From the NCBI GenBank assembly GCA_019233975.1, contig JAFALY010000035.1, positions 65,819 to 129,818 of the forward strand: a DNA stretch of 64,000 nucleotides, given 5' to 3'. Below, in pieces: positions 62,073 through 64,000 of this stretch. The first letter of the stretch is position 1. Each line of letters starts with the position of its first letter. The notes under the pieces were generated by a model. That model saw only the letters and a program-made list of their open reading frames with translations, searched no databases and was not told where the DNA came from. The DNA comes from Alphaproteobacteria bacterium (GTDB lineage Bacteria; Pseudomonadota; Alphaproteobacteria; UBA9219). The translations under genes and the position numbers were made by a program.

Positions 62073-63191
62073 GTGTCCGACAGCCCCCAGAATGCTCAGG
62101 CCGCTTCTGCATCTGCTGCTTCGCAGGTCATCGCGCTGGATGCCATGGGGGGCGACCATGCACCCGCGATTGTTATCAAGGGTGCAGCACTCGCGCTGTC
62201 GCGTAACGCATCCCTGCGTTTTCTGGTTTTCGGCGATACAGCGCAAACCCAGCCATTGCTGCAACAGCATCCCGATCTGGCGAAAGCCTGCACGCTGCGC
62301 CACTGCACCGACGTTATTACACCGCATATGAAACCGTCGCTGGCCCTGCGTCAGGGGCGGCAATCCAGCATGCGTCTGGCCATCAATGCCGTGGCGGAAG
62401 GCGAAGCTTCCAGCATCGTTTCTGCTGGCAATACGGGCGCGCTTATGGCGTTGGCCAAATTCGTGCTGCGCGCCCTGCCGGGCATCGACCGCCCCGCGAT
62501 TGCCTCCATCATGCCGACCAAGAAGGGCGAGGTCGTCTTGCTCGACCTCGGCGCCAATCTGGAATGCGACGCTGAAAATCTGGTGCAGTTTGCGCTGATG
62601 GGCTCGCTGTTCTGTCGCGCGGTGTTGGGCACCGAACGTCCAACCATTGGCCTGCTGAATATCGGCACCGAAGAAATGAAGGGCCATGACGAAATCCGCA
62701 CGGCCGCCAACATTCTGCAGGAACGCCCTGTGCCGGGCATTTTCCGCGGGTTTGTCGAAGGGAATGATATTCTGGCGGGCACAGTCGATGTGGTCGTAAC
62801 CGACGGGTTCACGGGCAATGTCGCGCTGAAAACCATCGAAGGTACGGCGCAGTTGCTGGCGCATTTCCTGCGCGAAACATTCGGCTCCGGCCTGTTTGCG
62901 AAAATCGGCTATCTGCTGGCGCGCAAGGCGTTGGCCCGTTTCAAGCTGCGCGTCGATCCGCGCCGTTATAACGGCGCGCTGTTTCTGGGGTTGCAGGGCG
63001 TGTGCGTTAAAAGCCATGGCGGCACGGACGAAGAAGGTTTTGCCAACGCCATTCGCGTGGCGAATAACCTTGTTAAATATGGCCTGAACCAACGCATTGC
63101 CGAAGAGCTTGCGCTGCACTATGGTGCTGTGCCGCAGGCAGGGGATGCCCCGCCTGCCTTGGCGCTTCCTTCTGCAAACGGTTCGGTATGA
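62073..63191 (+). CDS. plsX: Phosphate acyltransferase
   Basis: [37 protein letters not shown]. Confidence 0.97.
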   Translation: MSDSPQNAQAASASAASQVIALDAMGGDHAPAIVIKGAALALSRNASLRFLVFGDTAQTQPLLQQHPDLAKACTLRHCTDVITPHMKPSLALRQGRQSSMRLAINAVAEGEASSIVSAGNTGALMALAKFVLRALPGIDRPAIASIMPTKKGEVVLLDLGANLECDAENLVQFALMGSLFCRAVLGTERPTIGLLNIGTEEMKGHDEIRTAANILQERPVPGIFRGFVEGNDILAGTVDVVVTDGFTGNVALKTIEGTAQLLAHFLRETFGSGLFAKIGYLLARKALARFKLRVDPRRYNGALFLGLQGVCVKSHGGTDEEGFANAIRVANNLVKYGLNQRIAEELALHYGAVPQAGDAPPALALPSANGSV

Positions 63192-64000
63192 CAACACACA
63201 AAATGCTGCGTTCGGTCGTGATGGGGTGCGGGGGCTATCTGCCCGCGCAAATCGTGACCAATGACGAACTGGCCAAACGTGTGGACACATCCGACGAATG
63301 GATCACGCGCCGCACCGGCATCAAACAACGCCATATTGCCGGACCGGATGAAAAAACATCGGACCTGGCGCTGGCCGCCGCGCGTGAGGCGCTTGCCAAT
63401 GCTGGTATCGACGGCGCCACGCTGGACCTGATTATTGTCGCCACGACCACGCCCGATAATACGTTTCCCGCCACGGCAGTGCGTTTGCAGGCCGCGCTCG
63501 GCATGACGCATGGCTTCGCGTTCGATGTACAGGCCGTCTGTTCGGGCTTTGTCTATGCGCTGTCGGTTGCCGATAATTTTTTGCGTCTGGGTCAGGCGCG
63601 TCGCGCGCTGGTCATCGGCGCTGAAACATTTTCACGCCTGCTGGACTGGAATGACCGCACGACCTGCGTCCTGTTCGGTGATGGCGCTGGTGCGCTGGTG
63701 CTGGAAGCGGTCGAAGGCAAGGGTGATAAAACCGATCGCGGCGTCCTGTCCACGCATTTGCACAGCGATGGCCGCCATTACAACGCCCTGTACGCCGATG
63801 GCGGTCCGGGGTCGGATGGCCGCGTCGGCCATGTCCAGATGCATGGCCAGGAAGTATTCCGTCACGCGGTCACCAACCTGTCCAGTGTGGTTGACGAAGC
63901 ATTGGCCGCCAATCATCTGGCGCCCGAAGAAATCGACTGGCTGGTGCCGCATCAGGCGAACGAACGTATTATCGACGGCACGGCCAAGAAACTGAATATG
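63188..64000 (+). CDS. fabH: 3-oxoacyl-ACP synthase III (3'-truncated by window edge; absent from the ORF track)
   Basis: ATG overlaps plsX stop. Reads [43 protein letters not shown]. Confidence 0.95.
   Translation, partial: MTTHKMLRSVVMGCGGYLPAQIVTNDELAKRVDTSDEWITRRTGIKQRHIAGPDEKTSDLALAAAREALANAGIDGATLDLIIVATTTPDNTFPATAVRLQAALGMTHGFAFDVQAVCSGFVYALSVADNFLRLGQARRALVIGAETFSRLLDWNDRTTCVLFGDGAGALVLEAVEGKGDKTDRGVLSTHLHSDGRHYNALYADGGPGSDGRVGHVQMHGQEVFRHAVTNLSSVVDEALAANHLAPEEIDWLVPHQANERIIDGTAKKLNM

Noticed and set aside
61761-63290. 509-aa ORF antisense to rpmF/plsX (likewise 11776-12858 against metK, 28241-29482 and 47403-48446)
   Set aside because: Shadow ORFs expected from codon bias on the sense strand of GC-rich genes; no motifs, and they overlap well-supported genes.
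1-64000. CRISPR arrays, tRNA/rRNA genes, IS elements, tandem repeat arrays
   Set aside because: None seen; intergenic gaps are short (about 320 bp at most) and lack repeat-spacer or cloverleaf patterns.

Overview
Gene-dense, moderately GC-rich chromosomal window from an alphaproteobacterium, judged by MucR/Ros, Shemin-pathway ALA synthase, OlsB/OlsA, CtrA-type boxes, DUF2336, DUF1036 and bamE-cbp3-yceD-rpmF-plsX-fabH. Most of it is housekeeping (serB, pheA, metK, glmM, yidC, lnt, hemA, hslVU, xth, apt, era, rnc, lepB, miaB, ybeY, engB, gpsA, acnA, rpmF, plsX, fabH), but the usual gene blocks are shuffled and thinned. I saw no rRNA, tRNA, CRISPR array or transposase. The most notable items are: (1) a full-length orphan HisA at the usual his-operon position opposite hslV, with both catalytic aspartates replaced (candidate pseudo-enzyme); (2) a phage-like divergent switch (XRE/S24 repressor, DUF6456/GafZ-like gene, perfect palindromic operator) with no phage genes around it; (3) a six-gene lipid-linked glycan modification island with an Fe/2OG dioxygenase and an SDR; (4) a stand-alone single-ring ClpA/B NBD1 ATPase lacking the pore-loop Tyr, downstream of acnA and a His-tailed OmpA protein; (5) a class-I-like cyclic-nucleotide phosphodiesterase; (6) a ddl / alpha-beta hydrolase / membrane-anchored MurF trio; (7) hpnBCDE without an adjacent squalene-hopene cyclase. 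All family assignments come from motif recognition by eye; no database search was run.
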